From positions 19,458-83,457 of the forward strand of contig CABZIT010000001.1 in the NCBI GenBank assembly GCA_902525795.1: a stretch of 64,000 nt of DNA, written 5' to 3'. Numbering within the stretch: the stretch's first letter is position 1; every line of letters starts with the position of its first letter. A model generated the notes under the pieces. It did no database searches. It was not told where the DNA came from and saw only the letters and a list, made by a program, of their open reading frames with translations. The translations under genes were made by a program, and so were the position numbers. Below, one piece after another: positions 8,813 through 17,915 of the stretch. The DNA is from an uncultured Bacteroidota bacterium (GTDB lineage Bacteria > Bacteroidota > Bacteroidia > Flavobacteriales > Flavobacteriaceae).

Positions 8813-10753
8813 ATGTCCAAAATAAAAACATACAAAGGAGTAATTGATCATGGGGGAAAAGAGGCTTATATTTTATGTGATAGAATTTACAAAACAGTAA
8901 AAATTAAAAAATCAAATTTTAATTTCATACATGAGGATGAAGTTGAATTTGAAATACTTTCTAGAAAAAGACAAGGTCACTTACTTGCTAATATAATTTC
9001 CCTTGTAAAAAGAAATAAAACACAATTTGTAGGTATTATTCAAAAAAATAAAAACTTTGCCTTTGTTATTATTGAGAATAAAAAAATAAAAACAGATTTT
9101 TTTATTCCAAGTGACAATATAGGAGAAGCAAATGATGGTGATAAAGTTTTAGTTGAATTATTAGATTGGAAAAAACAAGATTTATCCCCAATTGGAAAAA
9201 TAGTTAAAGTATTTGGTGAACCAGGAGATCACCAAACAGAGCTTGACTCAATTATTGCTAAAAATGAAATTACAATAGATTTTTCTCAGGAAGTAAAAGC
9301 CTACACAGAGTTAATTTCAGAAAAAATAGATAATAAAGAAATAAAACAAAGAAGAGATTTTAGAGAAATAACAACTTTTACTATTGATCCAATTGATGCT
9401 AAGGATTTTGATGATGCTCTTTCTTTTGAAAAAATAGATGAAAACAATTTTGAAATAGGAATTCATATTGCTGATGTTTCACATTATGTTAAACCATCTA
9501 CTATATTGGATAAAGAAGCTTATAATCGAGCAACATCAATTTATTTAGTGGATAGAGTGATTCCGATGCTTCCTGAAAAGTTATCGAATAAGGTTTGCTC
9601 ACTCAGACCAAATGAAGACAAGTTAACTTTTTCTGCTGTATTTAACTTTAATAAAAAAGGTGAGATTAATAATAGTTGGTTCGGAAGAACGATCATCAAA
9701 AGTAATAAAAGATTTAGTTACCAAGAAGCACAAGAAATTATTGAAACCAAAAAAAATATAATTTCAAAAAAAAACTCTCTAATTGGAAAAGAATATAAAG
9801 TTGACCAATCCATTGTAGAAGCAATAATCGCCTTAGATGATATCGCAAAAAAAATAAGAAATGAGAGAGAAAAAAATGGTTCAATCAATTTTAATAGAAC
9901 CGAGGTTGGATTTATATTAGACAAGGAAAAAAATCCCAAAGAAATATACTTTAAACAAAGCGCTGACTCCAATAAACTAATTGAAGAATTTATGCTTATT
10001 GCAAACAAAAAGGTTGCAGAGGTATTTAATGAAATTAAAAATCAAAAACATATTTACAGGGTTCACGATCTTCCAGATAATGAAAAACTAAAAAGCTTAA
10101 AATATATAGTAAAAAGTTTTGGGTATAATTTAGATTTGACAAGCTCTAAAGGAATTTCAAGATCTTTAAATAAGCTTTTGAGTCAAATCAAAGGAAAAGA
10201 AGAGCAAAACTTGATAGAGTCACTAGCCTTGAGAAGTATGAGTAAAGCAGAGTATTCTACAACAAATATTGGTCATTATGGTTTGGCTTTTACTAATTAT
10301 ACTCACTTTACTTCTCCAATTAGAAGATATCCAGATGTTCTAGTTCATCGTCTGCTAGATCAGATTCAAAATAAACATTTCGGAAAACTAGATAAAAATC
10401 TTCAAAAAAAAGCTTTATACTGTTCTGAAAGAGAAATGGTCGCAGCAAAAGCAGAAAGAGACTCTATAAAATTTATGCAAATAAAATTCATGAAAAACAA
10501 AATAGGAGAAACTTTTTCAGGGATAATTTCTGGAGTATCAGACTGGGGAATTTACGTGGAAATTGAAGAAAACAAATGTGAAGGAATGGTATATATTAAA
10601 GATATTGAAGATGACAAATATTACTACAGCGAGCAACAACAGGCAATTCTAGGAACAAAAACAAATAAAAAATATACACTAGGGGACAAAATAAAAATCG
10701 AAGTAAAAAAAGCAGATTTAGTAAAAAAACATTTAGATTTTATAATTATTTAA
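8813..10753 (+). CDS. rnr: Ribonuclease R (RNB-family 3'-5' exoribonuclease)
   Basis: RNB catalytic domain (FTIDPIDAKDFDDALS, YLVDRVIPMLPE, HYGLAF..YTHFTSPIRRYPDVLVHR) and a C-terminal S1 domain (GIISGVSDWGIYVEI). Confidence 0.9.
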   Translation: MSKIKTYKGVIDHGGKEAYILCDRIYKTVKIKKSNFNFIHEDEVEFEILSRKRQGHLLANIISLVKRNKTQFVGIIQKNKNFAFVIIENKKIKTDFFIPSDNIGEANDGDKVLVELLDWKKQDLSPIGKIVKVFGEPGDHQTELDSIIAKNEITIDFSQEVKAYTELISEKIDNKEIKQRRDFREITTFTIDPIDAKDFDDALSFEKIDENNFEIGIHIADVSHYVKPSTILDKEAYNRATSIYLVDRVIPMLPEKLSNKVCSLRPNEDKLTFSAVFNFNKKGEINNSWFGRTIIKSNKRFSYQEAQEIIETKKNIISKKNSLIGKEYKVDQSIVEAIIALDDIAKKIRNEREKNGSINFNRTEVGFILDKEKNPKEIYFKQSADSNKLIEEFMLIANKKVAEVFNEIKNQKHIYRVHDLPDNEKLKSLKYIVKSFGYNLDLTSSKGISRSLNKLLSQIKGKEEQNLIESLALRSMSKAEYSTTNIGHYGLAFTNYTHFTSPIRRYPDVLVHRLLDQIQNKHFGKLDKNLQKKALYCSEREMVAAKAERDSIKFMQIKFMKNKIGETFSGIISGVSDWGIYVEIEENKCEGMVYIKDIEDDKYYYSEQQQAILGTKTNKKYTLGDKIKIEVKKADLVKKHLDFIII

Positions 10754-10765
10754 TAATTTTATTTT

Positions 10766-11437
10766 ATGAAAAGATTTATACTTACCCTTTTAATCATTCC
10801 ATCTCTGTTAACGTCACAAGAAGAAATTAACAGAAATCTTGGGGAGTTTACAAAGCTTTCAATCTATGATGGGATCAATGTAGAATTAATTAAATCCGAA
10901 GAAAATAAAGTTGAAGCATCGGGAGAAAACACAAGATTTGTTGTTGTAAAGAATAAAAATGGGAATCTTAAAATTAGGCTGAATGTGCAAAAAAGGTTTT
11001 CAGGGGACAGAACAATGGTAAAACTTTATTACAAAAATTTATATTCTTTTATTGCTCATGAAGGATCAAACATTTTTTCAAAAGACACCATAAAACAAGC
11101 AGACCTGAAAATTAAAGGACATACAGGATCAAGGATTGATGTCCCTGTAGAGCTGAATTCAATAAGCGTTACATCTACAGCAGGAGCAAAAATTACTCTT
11201 CGGGGTTCTTCAACATATTTAGAAGCATCATCAGCCACCGGCTCAGAAATTAATGCAAGAAACATGGTTGTTGAAGATGGAGAGGTGTCTGCACTTTCAG
11301 GATCTATGGTAGATGTTAGGGTTCAAATAAGTTTAGAAGCCATAGCAAGAATTGGTGGAGTGGTAAATGTCCATAGTAAGACAGAAAGAATAACAGAAAA
11401 AGTATCTCTAGGGGGGTCCGTTATTTATTTGTATTAA
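10766..11437 (+). CDS. DUF2807 / head-GIN domain protein (secreted beta-rich protein)
   Basis: Signal peptide followed by repetitive beta-strand modules (F.KLSIYDGINVELIKSEENKVEASGEN...GSRIDV...GAKITL) typical of DUF2807. Confidence 0.65.
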   Translation: MKRFILTLLIIPSLLTSQEEINRNLGEFTKLSIYDGINVELIKSEENKVEASGENTRFVVVKNKNGNLKIRLNVQKRFSGDRTMVKLYYKNLYSFIAHEGSNIFSKDTIKQADLKIKGHTGSRIDVPVELNSISVTSTAGAKITLRGSSTYLEASSATGSEINARNMVVEDGEVSALSGSMVDVRVQISLEAIARIGGVVNVHSKTERITEKVSLGGSVIYLY

Positions 11438-12060
11438 TGTCTATGGACTTTAATCTACTAACCCCTGTTACCGTTGGGTTTTTTACAGCTTTTATTATGG
11501 GTCCAGTGTTCTGGATTTTGCTTGAAACTAGTATTACAAAAGGATTTCGAGCGGCAATAGCTTTTGATCTGGGAGTGATTATTGCAGACACTTGTTTTAT
11601 ATTGATTTGTTATTTAGGAAGTTTTCAGCTTTTGGAAGTTGAAAGCAATAGGCAAGGTCTGTTTGTCTTAGGAGGAACGATATTGTTTTTGTATGGTATA
11701 TTCTCGTGGATAAACAGGAGAAGGAAAAACAAAAAACAACCAAAAATCAAACAGTTTAAAGAAAATTATTTGGGGCTTGTCGCCAAAGGTTTTGCAATCA
11801 ATATTCTAAATGTAGGGGTTTTTATCTTTTGGGGAGGAATTTTAATTGTCTCCTCTCCGGCCATTGGAAAATCTTTTACTGACTTCTCTCTTTTTTTCGC
11901 TATTGTGCTTCTATCTTATTTTGCAACAGACCTAATAAAGATTTCGGTTGCGAATCGATTTAAAAACCTTCTTACCTCTAAAGGAATTTTAATAGTAAAT
12001 ACCATAATTTCTATAATTTTAATGCTTTCCGGGGTTGTGTTAATTGTTAAAGGAAGCTAA
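11437..12060 (+). CDS. LysE-family translocator (amino acid exporter-like membrane protein)
   Basis: About 200 aa with 6 predicted TM segments. N-terminal FFTAFIMGPVFWILLETSI and overall architecture are LysE/RhtB-like. TAATG overlap with the upstream gene. Confidence 0.65.
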   Translation: MSMDFNLLTPVTVGFFTAFIMGPVFWILLETSITKGFRAAIAFDLGVIIADTCFILICYLGSFQLLEVESNRQGLFVLGGTILFLYGIFSWINRRRKNKKQPKIKQFKENYLGLVAKGFAINILNVGVFIFWGGILIVSSPAIGKSFTDFSLFFAIVLLSYFATDLIKISVANRFKNLLTSKGILIVNTIISIILMLSGVVLIVKGS

Positions 12061-12120
12061 TAATACAGCTTTGAAAAATTATTTATATCTTTCACCTTTA
12101 ACCAATTAATATAATTCATA

Positions 12121-12627
12121 ATGAAAAAAATCTTACTAGTTGTTTTAGTTGCTTTTACCATGCTTAGCTGTAATCAAGGAGTTACGGTTAGCTTTGATGA
12201 CCCAAAATCACAGGCAATTTTAAGTGTATATGATTCCTACATGGAAAATGATGCAGCAGCCATTGAAAGCCTATATGCTGAAGATGCTGTTGTATATCTC
12301 AACAGCCTTGACTCTATTCCGATTCAGGAAAACGTAAAAAACCTTGCAATGCATCACGAGCTTTTTGATGACATAAGTCTATCATGGGGAGACGGAGAAA
12401 ATGAAAGAACAGCATTCGTTCAGACATCCTCTTATCCAATGGCTGACGTAACTCTTGCTTGGTTTACTTGGACCGGTACGGGAAAGGCAAGCGGAAAAAC
12501 ATATAACGTTCCAACGCATGTTGTTTATTTTTGGGGAGAAGATGGAAAAGTAGCAAGCTCATCCTTATTCAATGACTCTGCCTCATTTACTGAAGAAATG
12601 AATGCAGCTACCGCATCATCAGAATAA
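12121..12627 (+). CDS. Lipoprotein with SnoaL-like / NTF2-fold domain
   Basis: Lipobox (FTMLSC), then ILSVYDSYMENDAAAIESLYAEDAVVY, typical of SnoaL-like/NTF2 proteins. Function unknown. Confidence 0.5.
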   Translation: MKKILLVVLVAFTMLSCNQGVTVSFDDPKSQAILSVYDSYMENDAAAIESLYAEDAVVYLNSLDSIPIQENVKNLAMHHELFDDISLSWGDGENERTAFVQTSSYPMADVTLAWFTWTGTGKASGKTYNVPTHVVYFWGEDGKVASSSLFNDSASFTEEMNAATASSE

Positions 12628-12647
12628 CTTAAACATTTTTAATATAT

Positions 12648-12678
12648 AAAAAACCCCTATTTAACTTAGGGGTTTTTT
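12648..12678. terminator. Bidirectional rho-independent terminator
   Basis: AAAAAACCCCT-(9-nt loop)-AGGGGTTTTTT forms an 11-bp stem. The A-tract on one side and T-tract on the other make it functional on both strands. It sits between the 3' end of the + strand lipoprotein gene and the 3' end of the - strand tRNA-Cys. Confidence 0.85.
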
Positions 12679-12682
12679 GTTG

Positions 12683-12753
12683 AGGCGCCTGGCGGATTCG
12701 AACCGCCGTACAAGGTTTTGCAGACCTCTGCCTAGCCACTCGGCCAAGGCGCC
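12683..12753 (-). tRNA. tRNA-Cys (anticodon GCA)
   Basis: Hand-folded cloverleaf, 71 nt. Acceptor GGCGCCT/AGGCGCC; 3-bp D-stem GCC/GGC; anticodon stem GAGGT/ACCTT with loop CTGCAAA. T-arm GGCGG-TTCGAAT-CCGCC; discriminator U73. CCA is not encoded. Confidence 0.95.
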
Positions 12754-12781
12754 ATAGCGAGCGCAAATTTAAAACAAATTT

Positions 12782-13150
12782 TTAATAAGCTTCTCTCGTT
12801 TCACTGATTTCAACCGTGACAGTTTCCACGTCTGCATTAATTGGTGGGCAGACTTTAGAAATTGAAACAAAAACTTCTTCAATTAAAGCAATTTCTTTCA
12901 TGCAGCTGCTCGTAATTCTTTTAGCAACAGATTCCAAGAGTTTTGAACGAACAGCCATTTCTCTTTCAGCAATTCTTGCCAAGTCAACATAATTTACAGT
13001 TTCTCTGATATCATCAGAAAAAGCTTTTTCAGCAAGCATACAGTATGCTTTAATATTGACGATGTAATCACTCCCTATAATCTCTTCTTCTTCCATACAC
13101 CCGTGATAAGCAAAGATTTTAAGATTTTCAACTTTTACCGTACCTTTCAT
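12782..13150 (-). CDS. folB: Dihydroneopterin aldolase
   Basis: A 122-aa protein. V.NLKIFAYHGCMEEEEIIGSDYIVNI is the canonical FolB opening (fold and length match). Confidence 0.85.
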   Translation of the reverse strand: MKGTVKVENLKIFAYHGCMEEEEIIGSDYIVNIKAYCMLAEKAFSDDIRETVNYVDLARIAEREMAVRSKLLESVAKRITSSCMKEIALIEEVFVSISKVCPPINADVETVTVEISETREAY

Positions 13151-13197
13151 TAACTATTCTTTTGATAACTTTGTAAACTTATTAAAAACAATTTATT

Positions 13198-14877
13198 GTG
13201 GAAAATAAAGGGCAGAATTTTATAGAACAAATAATTAGTAATGACGTTAATTCTGGTCTCGACAGAGGAAGCCTTTGTTTTAGGTTCCCACCAGAACCTA
13301 ACGGATATCTGCATATTGGGCACGCCAAAGCAATTGGGCTAAATTTTGGCCTTGGGGAGCATTACAAAGCCCCCGTCTACCTTAGATTTGATGATACAAA
13401 TCCTGCAGCAGAGGAACAAGAGTTTGTAGATGCAATAAAAAACGATATTAGGTGGCTTGGTTATAGTTGGAAAAAGATAACATATTCGTCAGATAATTTT
13501 GATCAACTTTATGAATGGGCACTTTATTTAATAAGCAGAGAAAAGGCTTATGTGGACTCTCAAACCTCTGAAGCAATAGCCGCTCAAAAAGGAACCCCAA
13601 CAACCCCAGGTCAAAACAGTCCTTTTCGTGACAGGTCCGTTGAAGAAAATACCTCCTTGTTTGTGCAGATGAAAGAAGGAAAAGTGAAAGAAGGGGAACA
13701 TGTGTTAAGAGCTAAGATTGATATGTCAAATGCGAACATGTTGATGAGAGACCCGGTGATTTACCGGATGTTAAATAAAAGTCATCACAGAACCTCCGAC
13801 AAATGGAACATTTATCCGATGTATGATTGGGCACACGGACAATGTGACTATATAGAACAGGTTTCTCACTCACTTTGCTCTTTGGAGTTTAAGCCTCACC
13901 GGGATCTATATGAGTGGTTTCTAGATTCTCTTCCCCCTAATTCACAAGCGCTTAAAATCAGACCTAAGCAAAGAGAATTTGCAAGGCTGAACTTAAGCTT
14001 CACTATCATGAGTAAAAGAAAACTCTCGAAGCTAGTTGAAAATGCTATAGTTTCTGGCTGGGATGATCCAAGAATGCCAACGATTTCAGGGTTGCGAAGA
14101 AGAGGGTACACACCAAAATCCATACGAAGCTTTGTTGAGAAAGTTGGTGTTGCGAAAAGAGAAAACATTATTGATGTGTCATTGTTGGAATTTTGTGTTA
14201 GAGAGGATTTAAACAAGGTTGCCTACAGAAAAATGGTTGTCTTAAACCCCTTGAAGCTTACCATTATTAATTATCCTGAAAATGAGACAGAGGTTTTGTC
14301 TACTGAAAACAACCCTGAAGACTCGTCTGCAGGTACTCGCGAAGTACCCTTTTCTAAGCACCTCTATATAGAAAAAGAGGACTTTAAAGAGAATGCGAAT
14401 AGAAAGTTTTTTAGACTAAGTATTGACAAAGAGGTTAGATTAAAGAGCGCATATATAATTAGGGCTGTTGACTGTATAAAAGACAGCCAGGGTAACGTTG
14501 TAGAAGTTCTTTGTGAGTATGATTCTAAAAGCAAAAGTGGATCAGGCTCTGCTGAAAGCTTGAGAAAAGTTAAGGGAACGCTACATTGGGTGTCAAGCAA
14601 AGAAAGCACTAAAATCTCTGTGAGGCTTTACGACAGGCTATTTATGAAAGAGTCTCCAGGCTCAAACCTAGAGGGGGACTTTATGCAAGATCTTAACCCA
14701 AACTCTCTTACAGTCGTTGAGGCTTTTGCTGAGCCATCAATTAGCGACACCAAACCTGGAGAAAGCTTTCAATTTCAAAGAAAGGGATATTTTATTGTAG
14801 ATCAGGATTCTTCAAAAGATAACCCTATTTTTAATAAAACTGTTGGGCTTAGAGACTCTTGGCTGAAAAAAAGTTAA
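13198..14877 (+). CDS. glnS: Glutamine--tRNA ligase
   Basis: Class I signatures: FPPEPNGYLHIGHAKA (HIGH) and TIMSKRKL (KMSKS). The C-terminal anticodon-binding beta-barrel region is typical of GlnRS. GTG start. Confidence 0.92.
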   Translation: MENKGQNFIEQIISNDVNSGLDRGSLCFRFPPEPNGYLHIGHAKAIGLNFGLGEHYKAPVYLRFDDTNPAAEEQEFVDAIKNDIRWLGYSWKKITYSSDNFDQLYEWALYLISREKAYVDSQTSEAIAAQKGTPTTPGQNSPFRDRSVEENTSLFVQMKEGKVKEGEHVLRAKIDMSNANMLMRDPVIYRMLNKSHHRTSDKWNIYPMYDWAHGQCDYIEQVSHSLCSLEFKPHRDLYEWFLDSLPPNSQALKIRPKQREFARLNLSFTIMSKRKLSKLVENAIVSGWDDPRMPTISGLRRRGYTPKSIRSFVEKVGVAKRENIIDVSLLEFCVREDLNKVAYRKMVVLNPLKLTIINYPENETEVLSTENNPEDSSAGTREVPFSKHLYIEKEDFKENANRKFFRLSIDKEVRLKSAYIIRAVDCIKDSQGNVVEVLCEYDSKSKSGSGSAESLRKVKGTLHWVSSKESTKISVRLYDRLFMKESPGSNLEGDFMQDLNPNSLTVVEAFAEPSISDTKPGESFQFQRKGYFIVDQDSSKDNPIFNKTVGLRDSWLKKS

Positions 14878-15803
14878 GCATCTTCTTTGTTTTGTTTTTT
14901 CACTCTAGCCTTTTTCATTTCTTCACCTATTTGATTGCTTGCCGTAAAGGAAGCAACCATGTTATTTAGCATTTCTGAACCCGCTTGAGGAGAGTTAGGC
15001 ATTAATATTAAATTGCTGTTTGCCTCAGCACCCACAGACTGCAATGTGTCGTAGTGCTGGGTTACCACGATTAACGCAGAAGCTTCTTGCGAGTTAATAT
15101 CTACCCCATTTAGTACTTTTACGGAGTCTTCTAGACCTCGGGCAATTTCACGCCTTTGGTCTGCAATACCCTGCCCTTGAAGCCTTTTGCTTTCTGCTTC
15201 AGCTTTGGCCTTCTCAACAATTAAAATTTTCTGAGCCTCCCCTTCAAACTGTGCAGCAACCTTTTCTCTCTCAGAAGCATTGATCCTGTTCATCGATTCT
15301 TTAACCTGTGCATCAGGGTCAATGTCAGTTACAAGGGTTTTAATTATTTGAAAACCGTATTCGGTCATAGCGTCTTGAAGCTCTGACTTTACAGCGATAG
15401 CAACATCGTCTTTTTTTAGAAAGACATCATCCAAGATCAACTTAGGAACCTCAGCTCGAACAACATCAAAAATAAAGCTAGTAATTTGATCTGCCGGGTT
15501 ATCAAGCTTATAAAAGGCATCATAAACTTTGTCTTTAATAACTTTAAATTGAACGGAAACTTTAAGCTTAACAAAAACATCGTCTTTCGTTTTTGTTTCG
15601 ACAACGACATCTAATTGTTGGATTCTTAAACTCAGCCTACCCGCAACAATGTCAATAATTGGAATTTTAATCTGTAGACCAGACTGACGAACAGCAACAA
15701 ATTTCCCAAATCTTTCCACTATCGCAGCGGATTGTTGTTTAACTATAAAAAATGTAAGAAAGAGTAGCCCAACAAATATGGGCAGTATTATAAGAGCAAG
15801 CAT
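14874..15803 (-). CDS. SPFH / Band-7 (stomatin-prohibitin) domain membrane protein
   Basis: N-terminal TM, then VERFGKF..V.QSGLQIKIPIID and an Ala/Glu-rich coiled coil (EREKVAAQFEGEAQKILIVEKAKAEAESKRL). Confidence 0.85.
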   Translation of the reverse strand: MLALIILPIFVGLLFLTFFIVKQQSAAIVERFGKFVAVRQSGLQIKIPIIDIVAGRLSLRIQQLDVVVETKTKDDVFVKLKVSVQFKVIKDKVYDAFYKLDNPADQITSFIFDVVRAEVPKLILDDVFLKKDDVAIAVKSELQDAMTEYGFQIIKTLVTDIDPDAQVKESMNRINASEREKVAAQFEGEAQKILIVEKAKAEAESKRLQGQGIADQRREIARGLEDSVKVLNGVDINSQEASALIVVTQHYDTLQSVGAEANSNLILMPNSPQAGSEMLNNMVASFTASNQIGEEMKKARVKKQNKEDA

Positions 15804-15889
15804 GTTTTTAAGTTTTGAAATTAAGAGACAATATTATATAAAAAAGAAATATTTTTATAAAAAAAACAAAGAAATTACAATGTCTAGTT

Positions 15890-17407
15890 TTAAGAAATAT
15901 GGCCTTGAAGTTTTTCTAATCTTGAACAGACTTCACTTATTCCTATAAAAGATACAATCTTTTTTATTTCAATTCCCTGAAGCCCCCCTACAAGGGCTAG
16001 ACGCAAAGCAGTCATTGTTTTAGCAGTTTTAATGTTATTTTTGTTACCCCAAACTAAGCAATCATCGAGAAATCTTTCTGCAAAATCCAAGGACTGTTTA
16101 CCCCTTGCCCCATCTGCTATTCTTTTGATTTGATCTAAAATTAAGATCTTTTCTTTGGACAACCTAAGAATTGCATTTTCATCAAAGGTTTCAGGAGCAT
16201 AAAACAGGTATTTTGTGAGACCCCAAAAATCGCAAATAGTCTCTGCTCGCTCTTTCACTAAGTTAATGGCAATTAAGGCTTGTGTTTTTGCCAGCGTTTT
16301 AGTTTTAGGAAAAAAAGCAACCACTTGATTAAAAAGTTCTTCGTCAGGTGTTTTTGTGATATGCTTTTGGTTTACCCACTTCAAACGCTTAAAGTCGAAA
16401 TTAGCCGCTGCTGAAACTACATTTTCTAGTTTAAAGCTTTTTATTAGCTCGTCCATACCCATAATTTCCTTACCACTTTCTGCCGTCCACCCTAATGAGG
16501 CCATGTAATTGTTGAGAGCAGCAGGCAAAAATCCAGACTCTTTAAACCCTAAAGTTTTTTCTTTTTTCCAGTTTAAAGGAAATACAGGAAACCCTGATTT
16601 ATCAGCAGATCTTTTGCTTAGTTTGCCTTTGCCATTAGGGTTAAGTATTAAAGGTAAATGTGCAAATTTTGGAGGGTCCCACTCAAAAGCCTGGTAAAGT
16701 AATATATGAAGTGCAAGGGAAGGAAGCCATTCTTCTCCCCTAATTACGTGGGAGATTCTCATCATGTTGTCATCTATTACGTTCGCAAAATGGTATGTTG
16801 GCATTCCATCCGCTTTGATTAAAACCTTGTCATCAATTATAGAGGAGTCGATACTCCCCTTCCCCCTAATTAAATCGTTAGTATCAACTTTTTTGTCCTG
16901 TGGACATAAAAATCGAACAACAAACGGCTTGCCTTGTCCAACCATAGAGCTCACCTCCTCTTTACTCATCGTTAATGAGTTCTTGAGCTTTTTTCTTGTT
17001 TTCCAGTTATACATGAATATTTTTTTATTTACGAGATTCTCTTCCCTTAATCTTTGAAGTTCCTGTTCAGAATCAAACGCATAATATGCCATACCTTTTT
17101 TTATTAGTTCTTTTGCTTTGGCCTGATAAAGCTTTTTTCTGCTGCTCTGTCGGTGGCTATTGTCAGGGTTTTTTTCGTCTACCTTCATCCCACACCAATC
17201 TAGTGACTTGAAAATATAATCTTCCGCCCCAGCGACTTCCCTTTTTTTGTCAGTATCTTCAATTCTAACCAAAAAAGTGCCGTTATTTTTCTTTGCAAAT
17301 AGATAATTAAAGAGCGCTGTTCTTAGCCCGCCAATATGAAGTGGCCCGGTTGGGCTCGGCGCAAATCTTACACGAATTTCACTCACAATAAGTTGAATTT
17401 TTATCAA
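15890..17407 (-). CDS. gltX: Glutamate--tRNA ligase
   Basis: RVRFAPSPTGPLHIGGLRTALFNY (HIGH region) and KLSKRS (KMSKS). The start may instead be the in-frame GTG at 17386, giving MSEIRVRFAPSPTG. Confidence 0.92.
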   Translation of the reverse strand: MIKIQLIVSEIRVRFAPSPTGPLHIGGLRTALFNYLFAKKNNGTFLVRIEDTDKKREVAGAEDYIFKSLDWCGMKVDEKNPDNSHRQSSRKKLYQAKAKELIKKGMAYYAFDSEQELQRLREENLVNKKIFMYNWKTRKKLKNSLTMSKEEVSSMVGQGKPFVVRFLCPQDKKVDTNDLIRGKGSIDSSIIDDKVLIKADGMPTYHFANVIDDNMMRISHVIRGEEWLPSLALHILLYQAFEWDPPKFAHLPLILNPNGKGKLSKRSADKSGFPVFPLNWKKEKTLGFKESGFLPAALNNYMASLGWTAESGKEIMGMDELIKSFKLENVVSAAANFDFKRLKWVNQKHITKTPDEELFNQVVAFFPKTKTLAKTQALIAINLVKERAETICDFWGLTKYLFYAPETFDENAILRLSKEKILILDQIKRIADGARGKQSLDFAERFLDDCLVWGNKNNIKTAKTMTALRLALVGGLQGIEIKKIVSFIGISEVCSRLEKLQGHIS

Positions 17408-17455
17408 ATATAAAACAATAATTTTTCAATTGATTGTGTAGTTTTGTATTAAGAA

Positions 17456-17878
17456 ATGATTCATTTTACTTATAATACTGATTTCTCTTTGAAAAACGAG
17501 TCTGCTGTCGCTGAGTTACTTGATACCGTTATTGTTTCTAAAGGAAAATCGATAGATAAGCTTTTTTTCTATTTTGTGTCGGAACCTAAAATGCAGCAGG
17601 TCAATAACAATCATCTTAACCATGACTTTGTCACAGATGTGATTACTTTTGACTACTCCGACGACAAAGCAATAAGAGCAGAAGCATTTGTTTGTCCAGA
17701 AGAAGTCTTCAAAAATGCCCAAAGACATAGTCAATCTATTGAAAATGAAATGGTTAGGGTTCTTTTACATGCCGTTCTTCATGTTCTCGGATATGATGAC
17801 AAAAGTAAAGATTCTAGGCAAGAGATGCGCAAGCAAGAGGATCGCTTTCTGTCTTTTTTCAAGAAAAAGCATAAATAA
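17456..17878 (+). CDS. ybeY: rRNA maturation endoribonuclease YbeY
   Basis: A 140-aa protein with the zinc motif HAVLHVLGYDD (H..H.LGYDH family signature). Confidence 0.9.
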   Translation: MIHFTYNTDFSLKNESAVAELLDTVIVSKGKSIDKLFFYFVSEPKMQQVNNNHLNHDFVTDVITFDYSDDKAIRAEAFVCPEEVFKNAQRHSQSIENEMVRVLLHAVLHVLGYDDKSKDSRQEMRKQEDRFLSFFKKKHK

Positions 17879-17880
17879 TT

Positions 17881-17888
17881 TATATTTG
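17881..17888 (+). promoter_or_regulatory. Candidate -7 promoter box (TATATTTG) for mnmG
   Basis: Matches TAnnTTTG, 28 nt upstream of the mnmG ATG. The identical octamer precedes pgk. No clear -33 TTG was seen. Confidence 0.3.
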
Positions 17889-17894
17889 CAAAAA

Positions 17895-17910
17895 TGTTCC
17901 ACATGGAACT
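17895..17910. other. parS-like centromere site (14/16 match)
   Basis: TGTTCCACATGGAACT against the palindromic parS TGTTCCACGTGGAACA. Differences are the central G->A and the last base. It lies in the mnmG 5' leader. Confidence 0.6.
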
Positions 17911-17915
17911 GAGAT

